Shown here one piece after another: positions 29,228 to 38,712 of a stretch of DNA of 64,000 bases (positions are counted from its first letter, which is position 1; the number at the start of each line of letters is the position of its first letter). The position numbers and the translations under genes are program-made. A model generated the notes under the pieces. That model did not search any database and was not told where the DNA came from. It was given only the letters and a program-made list of their open reading frames with translations. The stretch covers positions 1 through 64,000 of the forward strand of contig JBJKRI010000007.1 of NCBI GenBank assembly GCA_046704725.1, written 5' to 3'. This DNA is from Candidatus Woesearchaeota archaeon (GTDB lineage: Archaea; Nanobdellota; Nanobdellia; Woesearchaeales; SKIA01).

Positions 29228-29764
29228 ATGCTCCAGAGGGTGTATGAATCCTACAAACGCTTGCTCGATGACTGGTTCTATGCCAAAGCGATCATCGGCA
29301 AAGACGGGAAAGAGATCGTCGTGTACAAGGTCCGCACAATGTTCAAGGATGCCGACGCGCGATGGGAAGAGGTAGTCGCTGCGAACGGCATCGGCTCGTA
29401 CGGCAAGATCAAGGACGACCCGCGCATCATACCTTCACGCAGGTGGATGCGCCGAAGGTCGGTGGACGAGCTCCCACAGATCCCATCCATATTCAAAGGA
29501 GATCTGTCTCTGGTGGGAATCCGTGGAAAAGGCTCTCAGGGGCGGTCGATAGTCTCTGAGCGCACGCGCCAGCGCGCGTTCAGGTTCAGGCCCGGATTCA
29601 TTCCGGCGCAGTACGCGTACAAAGGGTTGGACACGCCAAGACGTATCGAAGCGTCGATGCGACTGTACTTGCGGCAGAAAGAGCACCATCCGCTGTGGAC
29701 CGACACACGCCACCTTGCGGTCGCTGTGTACAACCATTTCACGGGAAAAGTGCGCAACGAGTGA
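29228..29764 (+). CDS. Bacterial-type sugar (phosphoglycosyl) transferase
   Basis: YKVRTM, KDDPRI, DELPQ, GDLSLVG. Confidence 0.85.
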   Translation: MLQRVYESYKRLLDDWFYAKAIIGKDGKEIVVYKVRTMFKDADARWEEVVAANGIGSYGKIKDDPRIIPSRRWMRRRSVDELPQIPSIFKGDLSLVGIRGKGSQGRSIVSERTRQRAFRFRPGFIPAQYAYKGLDTPRRIEASMRLYLRQKEHHPLWTDTRHLAVAVYNHFTGKVRNE

Positions 29765-29799
29765 ACCCTTATAAGCGGAACCGCGTTCCGCCAGCACAC

Positions 29800-29911
29800 G
29801 CTCCTGTAGTCTAGCCTGGATATGATCGGGGCCTCCGGAGGCGCTGCAGAGCGCATCCACCAGCGGCGCTGGAGAGAGCCTTGGGCCGGGGTTCGAATCC
29901 CCGCGGGAGCA
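29800..29911 (+). tRNA. tRNA-Arg(CCG) with 38-nt intron at 37/38 (29839-29876)
   Basis: Acceptor GCTCCTG/CGGGAGC, T-arm CGGGG-TTCGAAT-CCCCG, BHB helix CTCC/GGAG with 3-nt bulges; CTTATAAG promoter upstream. Confidence 0.93.
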
Positions 29912-29953
29912 TGCAGCATGCGACCAGTGGAGCCAACAACACGGTTGTTGGGT

Positions 29954-29965
29954 CCCGCGGGAGCA
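29954..29965 (+). repeat. Copy of tRNA-Arg 3' end (att-like)
   Basis: CCCGCGGGAGCA identical to 29900-29911. Confidence 0.7.
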
Positions 29966-30018
29966 GTCATCGTGCGACGGTCCACAGCGTTTATGAACGC
30001 TCGCGCCATATCGCCTCC

Positions 30019-30180
30019 ATGGCGAAATCCAAGGATAATACGGCGTGGGCCTTCACCGGTGCGTTTGTCTTGCTCGGCATGGGGTTCGGTTTCTTGTTCG
30101 GCCAACTCGTGGCGGGCATCTTCATCGGCGTCGGTCTCGGCATCCTCATTTCCGTCATCGCCCAGCTTCGGCGCGGCTAG
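30019..30180 (+). CDS. Small Gly-rich membrane protein
   Basis: Two hydrophobic helices; TTTATG upstream. Confidence 0.65.
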   Translation: MAKSKDNTAWAFTGAFVLLGMGFGFLFGQLVAGIFIGVGLGILISVIAQLRRG

Positions 30181-30542
30181 TCCCCGAAGAGCAGGTACAG
30201 GACGGCCGCGAACATGACCAGCCCGTAGATGCAGTTCGGCAGGCCGAGCAGCCAGCCAAACACGCTCTGCGACAGCTCGATCGCCCCGAAAACCAACGAG
30301 AAGAGCAGTCCCGCCAATGCGAAGGCCCGCGCCGCGCCGCGCGCCGCTTGCCACCGCCGCATCGCCAGGGCCGAGAGGAAGGTGCCTGTGAAGAGGAGAA
30401 AGCCGTACAGGCACGTCGGATACCCGAGCCATTGGATGCAACCGCCAGTGCACTTCCCCGCGAGGAGCGTGCTCAGGTACAGCCCACCACTGAACAAGAG
30501 GCCCACTGCAGACAGCACGAGTGCCCAGTCGCTTTTTCGCAT
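30177..30542 (-). CDS. Membrane protein with Cys motifs (VKOR/DsbB-like possible)
   Basis: CTGGC, LGYPTCLYG and LGLPNCIYG. Confidence 0.6.
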   Translation of the reverse strand: MRKSDWALVLSAVGLLFSGGLYLSTLLAGKCTGGCIQWLGYPTCLYGFLLFTGTFLSALAMRRWQAARGAARAFALAGLLFSLVFGAIELSQSVFGWLLGLPNCIYGLVMFAAVLYLLFGD

Positions 30543-30672
30543 GCCCGCCCCACCGCAAATCGTCTTTTAAAGGCACGGTACGGCGCAGTGTAGCGGCTTT
30601 TTCGTCCCTACCGAAAAGCTTTATAAGGGATGTCCACGCTTTCAGGCCGCAGCGACGCGTTGCGCAGGAAAA

Positions 30673-31935
30673 GTGGTGATCAAGGACCTTCTCAATAAAG
30701 TCAGCAAGCCTCAAGAGCCCACTCCTGAGGTCAAGGCCTTGCGCGACAAGCTCGCCAAGCTCCAGCAGCGCGGCGCAGCGCCGAAAAAGGAGCAGCCCAG
30801 ACCACAACCCACCAAACCCGTCCAGCAGCCGGAGGACGAGGTATCCAAGCTCACCAAGGCCTCCGAGGAGGAGCAACGCCGTTTCGCGCAGGCACGGGAC
30901 CCCGCGCTCAAGCTCAAGGAGGAGCGCACCCACAAGCTCGTGGCAAAGCAGGTCGCCGAGATGATCGAGCTGTCCACCGAGCTCAACAAGCGCCTCGCCA
31001 AGCTCGAGCAGGAGAAGCAGGCCTCCGAGCACAAGCTCGAGGAGATCGAGAAGCGCAACGAGGAGATGCAGGAGAAGATGGATGTCATCGACCAGCGTCT
31101 CGAGAAGTTCATGGGGTTGTATGAGGTGGTCACCAACCAGTACAATCCCTTCGCCGACGTTAAGAAGGGCGACAAGCCGCCAGGCACGGTTCCCGAAGGT
31201 GGCAAGCCTGCGAACGTACAGGTCTCCGACAATCTCACGGGAAAGCGCGAGGCGGTTCCTATCAAGCAGGGCGAGATGAGCAGCGAGAACGCCAAGAAGA
31301 TCGAGCGGCTCTTGGCCGAGCTTGAGCACGACGAGCAGGAGAAGCGCGATCTCGGCGAGGACGCCGCGGCGAACATCGAGGGGCGCGAGCGCAAGACCCA
31401 GCAGGACGTCGTGGCCCAGATGCACCTGCTCCTCGGCGACTTCGAGGGTCGCCTCAAACAGTATCTGGACGATTCGGTCCAGAAGAAGCTCCATTCGGCC
31501 TTCTCCGAGCTCGAGACGGTGCTCAACAAGGAGATCGGCGAGGCCGTCAAGGAGGAGGTCACCAAGCTCAAGGGCACCGACGATATCATCGCCGGCGCTC
31601 TGCAGGAGATGGAGCAGCTCTCCAAGCAGGCCAACACCCCTGACGAGTATCAGAAGGAGGAGAAGCAGGTCGAGCAGCAGGTCCGCCACCTCGACGATTC
31701 CATCAAGGCCATCCCGCCGTCATTGTATTTCCGTCTAAACGACGGTTCTATCCTCAAGAGTCGCGAGGACCTCGTCAAGGCCCTCCAGAGCATGGACGAC
31801 GCCGTTTTCCGCCATCATGTCTCGGGCGAGCGCAACGATTTCGCCGATTGGCTCGAGCTCGCCCTCAATGACACCTCGGGCAAGGACCTGCGCGGCAAGT
31901 CCAAAGACGAGATGGTGAAGGCGCTCCAACAGTAG
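30673..31935 (+). CDS. Archaellum ArlC(FlaC)-like coiled-coil protein with C-terminal DUF5752-like domain
   Basis: IDQRLEKFMGLYEVVTNQYNPF; C-term YFRLNDG...FRHHVSGERNDFADW; upstream of arlGFHIJ. Confidence 0.75.
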   Translation: MVIKDLLNKVSKPQEPTPEVKALRDKLAKLQQRGAAPKKEQPRPQPTKPVQQPEDEVSKLTKASEEEQRRFAQARDPALKLKEERTHKLVAKQVAEMIELSTELNKRLAKLEQEKQASEHKLEEIEKRNEEMQEKMDVIDQRLEKFMGLYEVVTNQYNPFADVKKGDKPPGTVPEGGKPANVQVSDNLTGKREAVPIKQGEMSSENAKKIERLLAELEHDEQEKRDLGEDAAANIEGRERKTQQDVVAQMHLLLGDFEGRLKQYLDDSVQKKLHSAFSELETVLNKEIGEAVKEEVTKLKGTDDIIAGALQEMEQLSKQANTPDEYQKEEKQVEQQVRHLDDSIKAIPPSLYFRLNDGSILKSREDLVKALQSMDDAVFRHHVSGERNDFADWLELALNDTSGKDLRGKSKDEMVKALQQ

Positions 31936-32038
31936 CTTTTCGCTTCTCCCGAAAAAACAGAAATCTTTATAAATCGTTGCAGTACTTAAATGGTCACTAC
32001 CTTAGTATACGTTTCAGTATACGGGGATAGGAGCGAAA

Positions 32039-32518
32039 ATGGTGTTGCAGGGACGCAGAGGAGCGGAGAATGTCATCGCCTCACTCATACTCTTCATCGC
32101 AGTCATGGCGCTCGCCACCACCACCACGATCGTCTTCAAGAACTACCTCGACAAGAGCGCCAACGCGGTCAACACCCAGCAGACCAAGAGCGTGGACGTC
32201 ATGCAGACGAGCTTCACCATCGACAGCGCGGCATACAACGGAGTCAACACCACGCGCATCTACGTGAAGAACACCGGCAGCACCCAGTTCGACCCCGGCA
32301 ACATCGACGTCTACCTCAACGGCGTGCGCATCCCAAGGAGCAACGCCAACCGCACCATCAACGTCACACCCGATACAGACACCATCAACACAGGCATCTG
32401 GGATCCGGGCGAGGAGCTCGAGATCGACATCAACCACAGCTTCACGAGCAGCTCCACGCAAACGATACTCGTCGCCGCCCCGAACGGCGTGACCGCGACG
32501 GGGGAGTTCAGTAGCTGA
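32039..32518 (+). CDS. flaG: Archaellum protein ArlG
   Basis: ASLILFIA, IYVKNTGS, WDPGEEL. Confidence 0.88.
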   Translation: MVLQGRRGAENVIASLILFIAVMALATTTTIVFKNYLDKSANAVNTQQTKSVDVMQTSFTIDSAAYNGVNTTRIYVKNTGSTQFDPGNIDVYLNGVRIPRSNANRTINVTPDTDTINTGIWDPGEELEIDINHSFTSSSTQTILVAAPNGVTATGEFSS

Positions 32519-33372
32519 TGGGATTCGGCACGGTCTTCGCCACGCTCACCTTCCTCCTGATATTCGCGGGCATGGTCGTCGTGGTCACTGGCGTCCAGAA
32601 AGGCCTTGCCAACAGCGCAGTCCAGATGAACAAGGCACAGGCCATGGCCATCGTCGCGCAGCAAGAGGGCATCAGCATCCTCAGCTCGTCCTACGGCTAC
32701 GGCGCGCTCAGCTACTGGCGCGTCACCTACGCCGACGGGTTCAACCTGGGCACTTTCAACAACACAACGGTCGTCGCCGACCAGGTCCAGCTCACTGCGA
32801 ACGGCACGGGCACCTACACGAGCGAGGCCTACGACACGGGATTCACGAGCAACTACACCACCCTCTCATGGAGCGCGTTGCAGCCCGGCACCAGCACAGT
32901 CACCTTCCAGGTGCGCAGCGCGAACAGCACCACCGCGCTCAACGCGACCCCATTCACCGGACCAGACGGTACCACGGCGACGAACTACAGCGTCTCGGGA
33001 AGCACGCTCAACGCCACGCTCAGCCAGAACCGTTACGTGCAGTACCGCGCGACCTTCACGAGCGCCGCCGGCTCGGACCCCATCTTGTACGACGTCACGC
33101 TCGGCGTCAAGCGCGAGGCAGGGGACGTGAACCTCACCATCAAGAACACCGGACAGTCCATCCTCCACTTCGAGGACACCGACACATACGTGGACGGCGT
33201 GCGGGTGTTGCGCGACGACGCGCACCGCGTATTGCAAGAGCAGATCATCACCAACCCGCGTTTGTGGGACCCCGGCGAGGAGCTCAACGTGACGATCTTC
33301 ACGACGATCAGCGCTCCGACGACAGTCATGGCCGTCAACGACTACGCCAAGGACCAGGTGATCGTCACATGA
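32518..33372 (+). CDS. flaF: Archaellum protein ArlF with inserted beta-rich domain
   Basis: MGFGTVFAT, IKNTGQS, YVDG, WDPGEEL. Confidence 0.82.
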   Translation: MGFGTVFATLTFLLIFAGMVVVVTGVQKGLANSAVQMNKAQAMAIVAQQEGISILSSSYGYGALSYWRVTYADGFNLGTFNNTTVVADQVQLTANGTGTYTSEAYDTGFTSNYTTLSWSALQPGTSTVTFQVRSANSTTALNATPFTGPDGTTATNYSVSGSTLNATLSQNRYVQYRATFTSAAGSDPILYDVTLGVKREAGDVNLTIKNTGQSILHFEDTDTYVDGVRVLRDDAHRVLQEQIITNPRLWDPGEELNVTIFTTISAPTTVMAVNDYAKDQVIVT

Positions 33373-34073
33373 CCGAAAGCAAGCTCCTCAGCGTGAAGAT
33401 CCGTCGCGACGAGCTCAACCGCACCCTCGGCGGCGGCCTGCCGGTCTCGAGCCTCATATTGCTCGAGGGCAGCGACGGCACGGGAAAGAGCCTGCTCGCC
33501 CAGCGCATGGCCTACGGCCTCGTTAAGAACGACGAGTCGGTCTCGTACCTCTCCACCGAGCTCAGCACGCAGGGCTTCGTCGAGCAGATGGCGAGCCTCG
33601 ACTACGACATCAAGTACGACATGCTCGACGAGAAGCTGTTCTTCATCAGCCTGTTCCCCTACTACGGTGCCGGAAAGCTCCAGAAGAACTTCCTGGACAT
33701 CCTCTTGTCGAGCAAGAAGCTGTTCTCGAGCGATATCATCGTCTTCGACACGCTCAGCTTCCTGCTCGTGGACGAGTCCCTCTCCTCGGAGGACGCGTTC
33801 GCGTTCCTCCAGTTCATCAAGCGCCTCAACGGCCTGGGAAAGACCATCATCTTGTGCGTGGACCCCGACCACCTCAACGCGCGGCTGCTCACTCTTATCC
33901 GGTCGAGCTGCGACGTCATCTTCGACCTGGAATTGCGCACTTTCGCGGGGCAGATGGTGCGCGTCATCAACGTCAAGCGGTTCAAGCGTTCGGGAGGGGA
34001 AGTGCTCAGCGCCATCCCGTTCCGCGTCGAGCCGGGCAAGGGACTCATCATCGAGATCGTGACATTCAGCTAG
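33369..34073 (+). CDS. flaH: Archaellum ATPase ArlH
   Basis: RDELNRTLGGGLP, GSDGTGKS, FRVEPGKG. Confidence 0.95.
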   Translation: MTESKLLSVKIRRDELNRTLGGGLPVSSLILLEGSDGTGKSLLAQRMAYGLVKNDESVSYLSTELSTQGFVEQMASLDYDIKYDMLDEKLFFISLFPYYGAGKLQKNFLDILLSSKKLFSSDIIVFDTLSFLLVDESLSSEDAFAFLQFIKRLNGLGKTIILCVDPDHLNARLLTLIRSSCDVIFDLELRTFAGQMVRVINVKRFKRSGGEVLSAIPFRVEPGKGLIIEIVTFS

Positions 34074-34074
34074 G

Positions 34075-35721
34075 ATGGTAAAGAGAAGACACGCTTCGGA
34101 GAAGACGGAGGACATGGGGCAGGCCATGGCCAAGTATCCCCACCTCGCGCGCTATGTCGACCGTATCAGCGCCGACCTCGGAGAGCCTGATTGGCGCGTC
34201 GAGCTCGACCGCTCCATGCGCAACGAGGAGAATCCGAATATCATCTATCCCGTTGGGGACCCGATATTCATCCATATCTACCGCGACCACGAGAAGGGCG
34301 AGACCATGTACCACGTCATCGAGCCGCGTCTCTCCGACAAGGAGGAGAAGCTCTATGACCAGGTCATGGACAAGATGATCGAGCACGCCCACAAGTACCC
34401 CGTCCCGAACAAGATCGAGGACGCCGGCGAGATCATCAAGAAGATCTACGACGAGGTCGTCAAGGTAAAGGACACGGAGGCCAACGTCCTCGAGCGCACG
34501 GTCGAGAGCAAGATCCATCTCACGCAGCAAGAGTATGACGAGCTGTGGTACTACATCTATCGCAACCGTGTCGGCTACGGCAAGCTCGAACCCCTCTTCT
34601 ACGACCCCTATCTAGAGGATATACACTGCACGGGCGTCGGCAACATCAAGACCATCCACAAGATCTTCGAGATGGTCTACACGAATATCGAGTTCCGCGA
34701 CGACATCGAGCTCAATAAGTACATCCTCGACGCGTCCGAGCGTGTCGAGCGCCCCGTCAGCGACGCGAACAGCGTGGTGGACGCGATCATGCCCGACGGT
34801 TCGCGTGTCAACTTCATCTACGGCCGGGAACTGTCGCTCGAAGGATCGAGCTTCACCGTGCGTAAGTTCAGCGAAGTCCCCGTAAGCATCGTGCAGATCT
34901 GCCAGTGGGGCACGATGAGCCCGGAGATCGCCGCCTACCTCTGGCTGTGCCTCGAGAACGGCATGAACATCTTCGTTTGCGGCGAGACCGCTTCGGGAAA
35001 GACCACAACGCTCAATGCCGCGAGCGTCTTCATCAAGCCCGACGCGAAAGTGTATTCGGTGGAGAACACCCCGGAAGTCACCATGCCTCACCCCACCTGG
35101 CAGCACCTGGTCACCAGGGAGGCGGGAAAGGACACGGATGTCACCATGTTCGACCTCTTGATAGCCGCGTTGCGTAGCCGTCCCAACTATATCGTCGTGG
35201 GAGAGATCCGCGGCGAGGAGGGAAACGTCGCTTTCCAGGCCATGCAGACGGGCCACCCCGTCATCAGCACCTTCCACGCCGGTTCGCCGCACAGCATGAT
35301 CCAGCGCTTGACGGGTCATCCGATCAACGTTCCCATCGCCTCCATCGACAACCTGAACATCGTGCTCATCCAGCAGGCGGTCAGCCTGAACGGGCGCATG
35401 GTGCGTCGCGTATTGTCCGTGACGGAGATCGAGCGCTACTATGATGTCGAGAACAAGGTCATCACACGGGAGGTCTTCAGCTGGGACGCGGTCAATGATG
35501 TGCACCGCTTCCGCGGCCTGTACAATTCCTACATCCTCGAGAAGAAGATCGCGAGCATGCTCGGTTACGCCGACACCCGCGAGATCTACGCGGAGCTCAA
35601 CCGCCGCAAGAAGATCATCGAGCACCTCGTCGAGCAGAACATCGACAACTACTTCGACGTCTGGGACGTCATCTCACGATTCACCAAGGAGGGCGAGGCG
35701 GCGTTGCCGTTCGTGATCTAG
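34075..35721 (+). CDS. flaI: Archaellum motor ATPase ArlI
   Basis: YPVGDPIFIHI, GETASGKTT, GEIRGEE, AMQTGH. Confidence 0.97.
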   Translation: MVKRRHASEKTEDMGQAMAKYPHLARYVDRISADLGEPDWRVELDRSMRNEENPNIIYPVGDPIFIHIYRDHEKGETMYHVIEPRLSDKEEKLYDQVMDKMIEHAHKYPVPNKIEDAGEIIKKIYDEVVKVKDTEANVLERTVESKIHLTQQEYDELWYYIYRNRVGYGKLEPLFYDPYLEDIHCTGVGNIKTIHKIFEMVYTNIEFRDDIELNKYILDASERVERPVSDANSVVDAIMPDGSRVNFIYGRELSLEGSSFTVRKFSEVPVSIVQICQWGTMSPEIAAYLWLCLENGMNIFVCGETASGKTTTLNAASVFIKPDAKVYSVENTPEVTMPHPTWQHLVTREAGKDTDVTMFDLLIAALRSRPNYIVVGEIRGEEGNVAFQAMQTGHPVISTFHAGSPHSMIQRLTGHPINVPIASIDNLNIVLIQQAVSLNGRMVRRVLSVTEIERYYDVENKVITREVFSWDAVNDVHRFRGLYNSYILEKKIASMLGYADTREIYAELNRRKKIIEHLVEQNIDNYFDVWDVISRFTKEGEAALPFVI

Positions 35722-35722
35722 G

Positions 35723-37390
35723 ATGCGCGAGTGGATATACGCCATGGGCTTCGAGGACCTGCAGGAGTTCTTCATGAAATTCGGCCTGCCCATCATGGGG
35801 GGCACCATCGTCTCGTATTTCGTCCTCATGCTGTTCTCCGTTCCCTGGTGGCTGCCGTACGTCTTCCTCCTCGCCGGTTCGGGGTTCATCTTCGTGTACC
35901 CGTACATGCAGTTCGAGAAGAAGAAGGTGAACATCCACGAGAACATCCATTTGTTCATCACCTACGCCGGCACGATTAGCACGCTCGACGTGAACCGCTC
36001 GCAACTCTTCGAGCATGTCTCCAAGCAGCAGCAGTACGGATACATCACCGAGGTCACCCAGAAGATCCTGTATCTCGCGCGCGAATGGAACCTCGGCTTC
36101 GCCCAGACCTGCAGGAAGATGGCGAAGTTCTCCCCCTCGCGCATCTTCTCGGACTTCCTCGACCGGTTGGCCGCCGTCCTCGACTTCGGAGAGGACCTCC
36201 AGACGTTCCTCACCGAGGAGCAGGAAGCCGTGCTCGCGGACTACGGCACCGAGTACAAGCAATCCCTGGAGAACATCAAGACATTGCAGGACGTGTTCAT
36301 CAGCATCACCGTCGCCATGGCCTTCGCGCTCGCAGCGGCGTTGATGCTGCCGCTCCTCATGGGCGTGAGCATGATGCTCGTCGTGCAGTACGCCCTGCTC
36401 TCGCTCGTGTTCGTGGACGCGTTGCTCATCATGCTCATCAAGCTCTTCATCCCACAGGACCGCCTGCCCCATCGGCTCAAGATCAAGGACCAGGGCTCCC
36501 TGCGCATCCGCAAGTGGCTGTACTTCATGGTCCCCGCCGCAGTCGCGGTCTTCGGCGTCCTGACGGTCGTCGGCGTCTTCGACTTCCTCATCAACGCGAC
36601 GATCTCGAGCTTCCCCCTCTTCGTGGTCGGCGTCATCGCCATCCAGGAGGAGAACGAGATATTCAGGCGCGACAAGGCGTACCCCGCTTTCGTGCGCGCA
36701 ATCGGCGGCACGATCTACGTGCGCGGCGGCGGCGTGACCAGCGCTCTCGGAGCCTTGCAGGTCCACGACTTCGGCCCCTTGCAGCCCATGATCACGAACC
36801 TTTATCGCCGCTTGCGCCTCGGCACGGACAAGGCGAAGAGCTGGCTGCACTTCTCGGGAGAGACGGGCAGCAACCTCATCTACTACTTCACAGAGATCTT
36901 CCGCGAATCCATCTATCTCGGCGGCCACGGCGAAAAGATCGGCAAGATGATCAGCGACAACTTCTCCCGCCTCCTCGCGTTGCGCAAATTGCGCTTGCAG
37001 TTGGCGAGCGGTATGCGGGGCGCATTGTACGGCGGCCTCGTCGGTTTCGTCGCGACCGTCTACATGGCTACCGCCATCACGGACATGCTCTCCAAGCTCT
37101 TCGGCGGCGCCATCGGCACGGGCGACGCGGCGTCTAGCGCTTCGCAGTTGTTCGCGCAGATATTGCCGAAGATCCCTCCCATCAACATGCAGCTCGTCGC
37201 ATTGTACATCGGCATCATGGTGCTCATCCACGCTATCAGCAGTTCGTATATCATCAAGCTTATCGACGGCGGCAAGTGGACGGCCATGTTCTTCGACCTG
37301 TCCGGAATGCTCGTCATCGGCTCGGTATTGTCTTGGGTGATCCCCAAGCTCTCGCAGTGGGCGTTCGGCAACATCGTGCTCGGCGGCTAA
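35723..37390 (+). CDS. flaJ: Archaellum platform protein ArlJ
   Basis: LFITY, DFLDRLA, ETGSNLI; multiple TM. Confidence 0.95.
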   Translation: MREWIYAMGFEDLQEFFMKFGLPIMGGTIVSYFVLMLFSVPWWLPYVFLLAGSGFIFVYPYMQFEKKKVNIHENIHLFITYAGTISTLDVNRSQLFEHVSKQQQYGYITEVTQKILYLAREWNLGFAQTCRKMAKFSPSRIFSDFLDRLAAVLDFGEDLQTFLTEEQEAVLADYGTEYKQSLENIKTLQDVFISITVAMAFALAAALMLPLLMGVSMMLVVQYALLSLVFVDALLIMLIKLFIPQDRLPHRLKIKDQGSLRIRKWLYFMVPAAVAVFGVLTVVGVFDFLINATISSFPLFVVGVIAIQEENEIFRRDKAYPAFVRAIGGTIYVRGGGVTSALGALQVHDFGPLQPMITNLYRRLRLGTDKAKSWLHFSGETGSNLIYYFTEIFRESIYLGGHGEKIGKMISDNFSRLLALRKLRLQLASGMRGALYGGLVGFVATVYMATAITDMLSKLFGGAIGTGDAASSASQLFAQILPKIPPINMQLVALYIGIMVLIHAISSSYIIKLIDGGKWTAMFFDLSGMLVIGSVLSWVIPKLSQWAFGNIVLGG

Positions 37391-38469
37391 CGCCGCGTGT
37401 CGTTCGGCCGTTCCAGGACTGTGTTGTATCCTCGAGTCGGCTCAACATGGATATCCTGGCTGAAGGACTGGAACCCCCCTGAGTGGAGCAGTTCGTTCCG
37501 CAGGAGGGACTGCCCAGCATGGTCTATGATTCCAGCGATCCGTTTTCTGAACATGTGGTCATAACCAAGAATCGTGTATTTCACGTCACGGCGAGTCGGC
37601 GATATATGCCAATAACCTTTCGTGGTGAAATACGCGTCCCGCATCAGTCGCTTCGTGGCGCGCGCCCTTTCCGATACATGGTCCCGCACGTGTGCCGCGA
37701 CCGATGCGCTCGCAGCCCCGAACCGGCGGCCAAGAGCGAGCCATTCCTGCTGGTCCTGCGGAAGCGTCGTGGCGATTGACTCGATCCGTTCTCCGAGCGG
37801 GGAGAGCCCTCTGTACCGGGTTCGCGGAAGGATGGCCGGTTTTCCTTGCGGCTCGAGCTGGTTGAAGCCATCGACCGTCGCCGAAGCGAGCGCTCCGGCG
37901 TATCGCTTTGCGGCACCACGAGTGGATTGAGCGGCCTGCCTCGCCGTTCGTCCCAGATAGCCTGCCGTGCGATGGGCATGGGATGCGACAGCCCTTCCAT
38001 AGTCGCGAGACGCTTCCACGACCCCCCGTTCCAAACGTAGCGTTTGGATTGATGCTTCCATCGCGTTCAGATAAAGGCTGTGCATGAGCTCGTTCAAGCG
38101 GTGTGTTGCTGCCCCCGCGACCTTCCCTGTCGCGCGTGACCTTTCGGTCCGGGATGCCAGCTCCGAAGCATCCGGGATTGTTTCTTCCGGTCTGGAAAGC
38201 CTCCCGTGCCGTTCTCGTACGTCGGCGACGGGAACGTGAGCTGATGCCGATCCCTCAAGCGCTCCTCGCACACGCCTGCCTACAGCATCGTGCACCGCTT
38301 TGGATCTCCTGACTCCATAGGTCACGCCGGTGCGGAAGAATCCCGTGATCGTCTCCATGTCGTCCGCGAGACATTGCATGAGCAGCCTGCCCGCATTGTC
38401 GAACTCTTGCGCCAGGATGGCGCGGTTCTCCTTGTAGATCTCGACCATCAATCCCCCGCCTTTGGCCAT
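37387..38469 (-). CDS. Hypothetical Arg/Ala-rich protein
   Basis: Long ORF with GGGAGGGG SD; no recognisable motif. Confidence 0.5.
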   Translation of the reverse strand: MAKGGGLMVEIYKENRAILAQEFDNAGRLLMQCLADDMETITGFFRTGVTYGVRRSKAVHDAVGRRVRGALEGSASAHVPVADVRERHGRLSRPEETIPDASELASRTERSRATGKVAGAATHRLNELMHSLYLNAMEASIQTLRLERGVVEASRDYGRAVASHAHRTAGYLGRTARQAAQSTRGAAKRYAGALASATVDGFNQLEPQGKPAILPRTRYRGLSPLGERIESIATTLPQDQQEWLALGRRFGAASASVAAHVRDHVSERARATKRLMRDAYFTTKGYWHISPTRRDVKYTILGYDHMFRKRIAGIIDHAGQSLLRNELLHSGGFQSFSQDIHVEPTRGYNTVLERPNDTRR

Positions 38470-38712
38470 GCCCCTCCCCAACGCGCGGAAGTTCACTGGG
38501 AAATGGCTCCACCAGGTATCCTTGGGATCGATGAGCGGTCCGGAATGCCTCGATCGGTTGGCACTGGGGTTCAGCGTTACACGTCCTCGTCCAGAAGTGT
38601 GATGATGCAGGTGTGGCGGCGGCGCATGCACTCGTATCTCAGTGTCTCCCCCACTTCCGCGCCGAGGCTCTTGCATGCGTGCGGAAACCGAGCAATCACA
38701 GGTATATATTCC

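Noticed and set aside
29822-30018. ORFs spanning tRNA-Arg
   Set aside because: Explained by the tRNA and intron; the real small gene starts at 30019
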